From contig MCFH01000020.1 in the NCBI GenBank assembly GCA_002104945.1, positions 496,001 through 560,000 on the forward strand: a stretch of 64,000 bases of DNA, given 5' to 3'. Origin of the DNA: Piromyces finnis finn. Taxonomy: Eukaryota > Fungi > Neocallimastigomycota. Shown here piece after piece: positions 63,498 to 64,000 of the stretch. The notes beneath the pieces are model-generated. The model saw nothing but the letters and a program-made list of their open reading frames with translations. It searched no databases and was not told where the DNA came from. A program made the position numbers and the translations under genes. How positions within the stretch are numbered: the stretch's first letter is position 1; each line of letters opens with the position of its first letter.

Positions 63498-64000
63498 GTA
63501 AAAACATAGTAGTTTTTAAGGAATATAAAAAATCAAAAAATATAAAGTTTTTAAATAATAATTATCATAATTTATAAAAATAATAATTACAGATATTTGA
63601 TTTTAATAACAAAGATCTTTAATAATAAAAATTAAAAAAAAAAAAAACAAATAACTAATATTTTTTTTTAAAAAAAAAAATAAAAAATAATAAAAAATAG
63701 TTTTAAATATAAATATTATAATATTATCACTGTATATCCAAATAAATATATATATATATAAACAAACAAAAAAATTCCTTTACAATTATTCTTAAAGTAT
63801 ATGAATTAATTTTTAAATTAGTTAAACAATAATTAATATATATTAATTTTTAAAATTTTTTTTATTATTTTATAATTATTTTTTTAGTAAAAAAATATTA
63901 AATATTCTAATATTTTTAGTTAGGAATATAAATAAATATGTATTTTAAATTTTCTTTTTCTTTTCTTTCTTTTTTTTTTTTTTAAAGAAAAAGGATGAAA

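Overview
Very AT-rich (roughly 80% A+T by eye) eukaryotic DNA with many short GT-AG introns and (AAT)n microsatellites. Fungal-type genes (Nif1/Dsf2-like SEL1 protein, Stt4, an HDEL signal) together with a flagellar SHIPPO/PGP-repeat gene point to a zoosporic fungus, probably an anaerobic gut fungus (Neocallimastigomycota); this is inference. I reconstructed 11 intron-containing genes by hand: a SEL1-repeat protein (5' end outside the window), an RA-PH protein, an alpha/beta-hydrolase fused to a DUSP11-like cysteine phosphatase, SRP receptor alpha, an eIF2-alpha kinase, a HECT E3 ligase, a Nif1/Dsf2-like protein, an ODF3/CIMAP1-like protein, a VIT-vWA protein, Nup133 and PI4-kinase Stt4. Two spliced models stand out and are not visible in the ORF track. 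(1) A 1384-aa HRI-like eIF2-alpha kinase has an N-terminal FixL-like PAS domain, an HCD catalytic loop, a CxxCH motif and a C-terminal tail anchor, suggesting a membrane-tethered small-molecule sensor of translation. (2) A 1152-aa VIT-vWA protein has a signal peptide and ends in HDEL, so it is a predicted ER-lumen resident. No tRNA, rRNA, CRISPR array or intact transposon was recognised. All family assignments come from motif recognition, not database searches.
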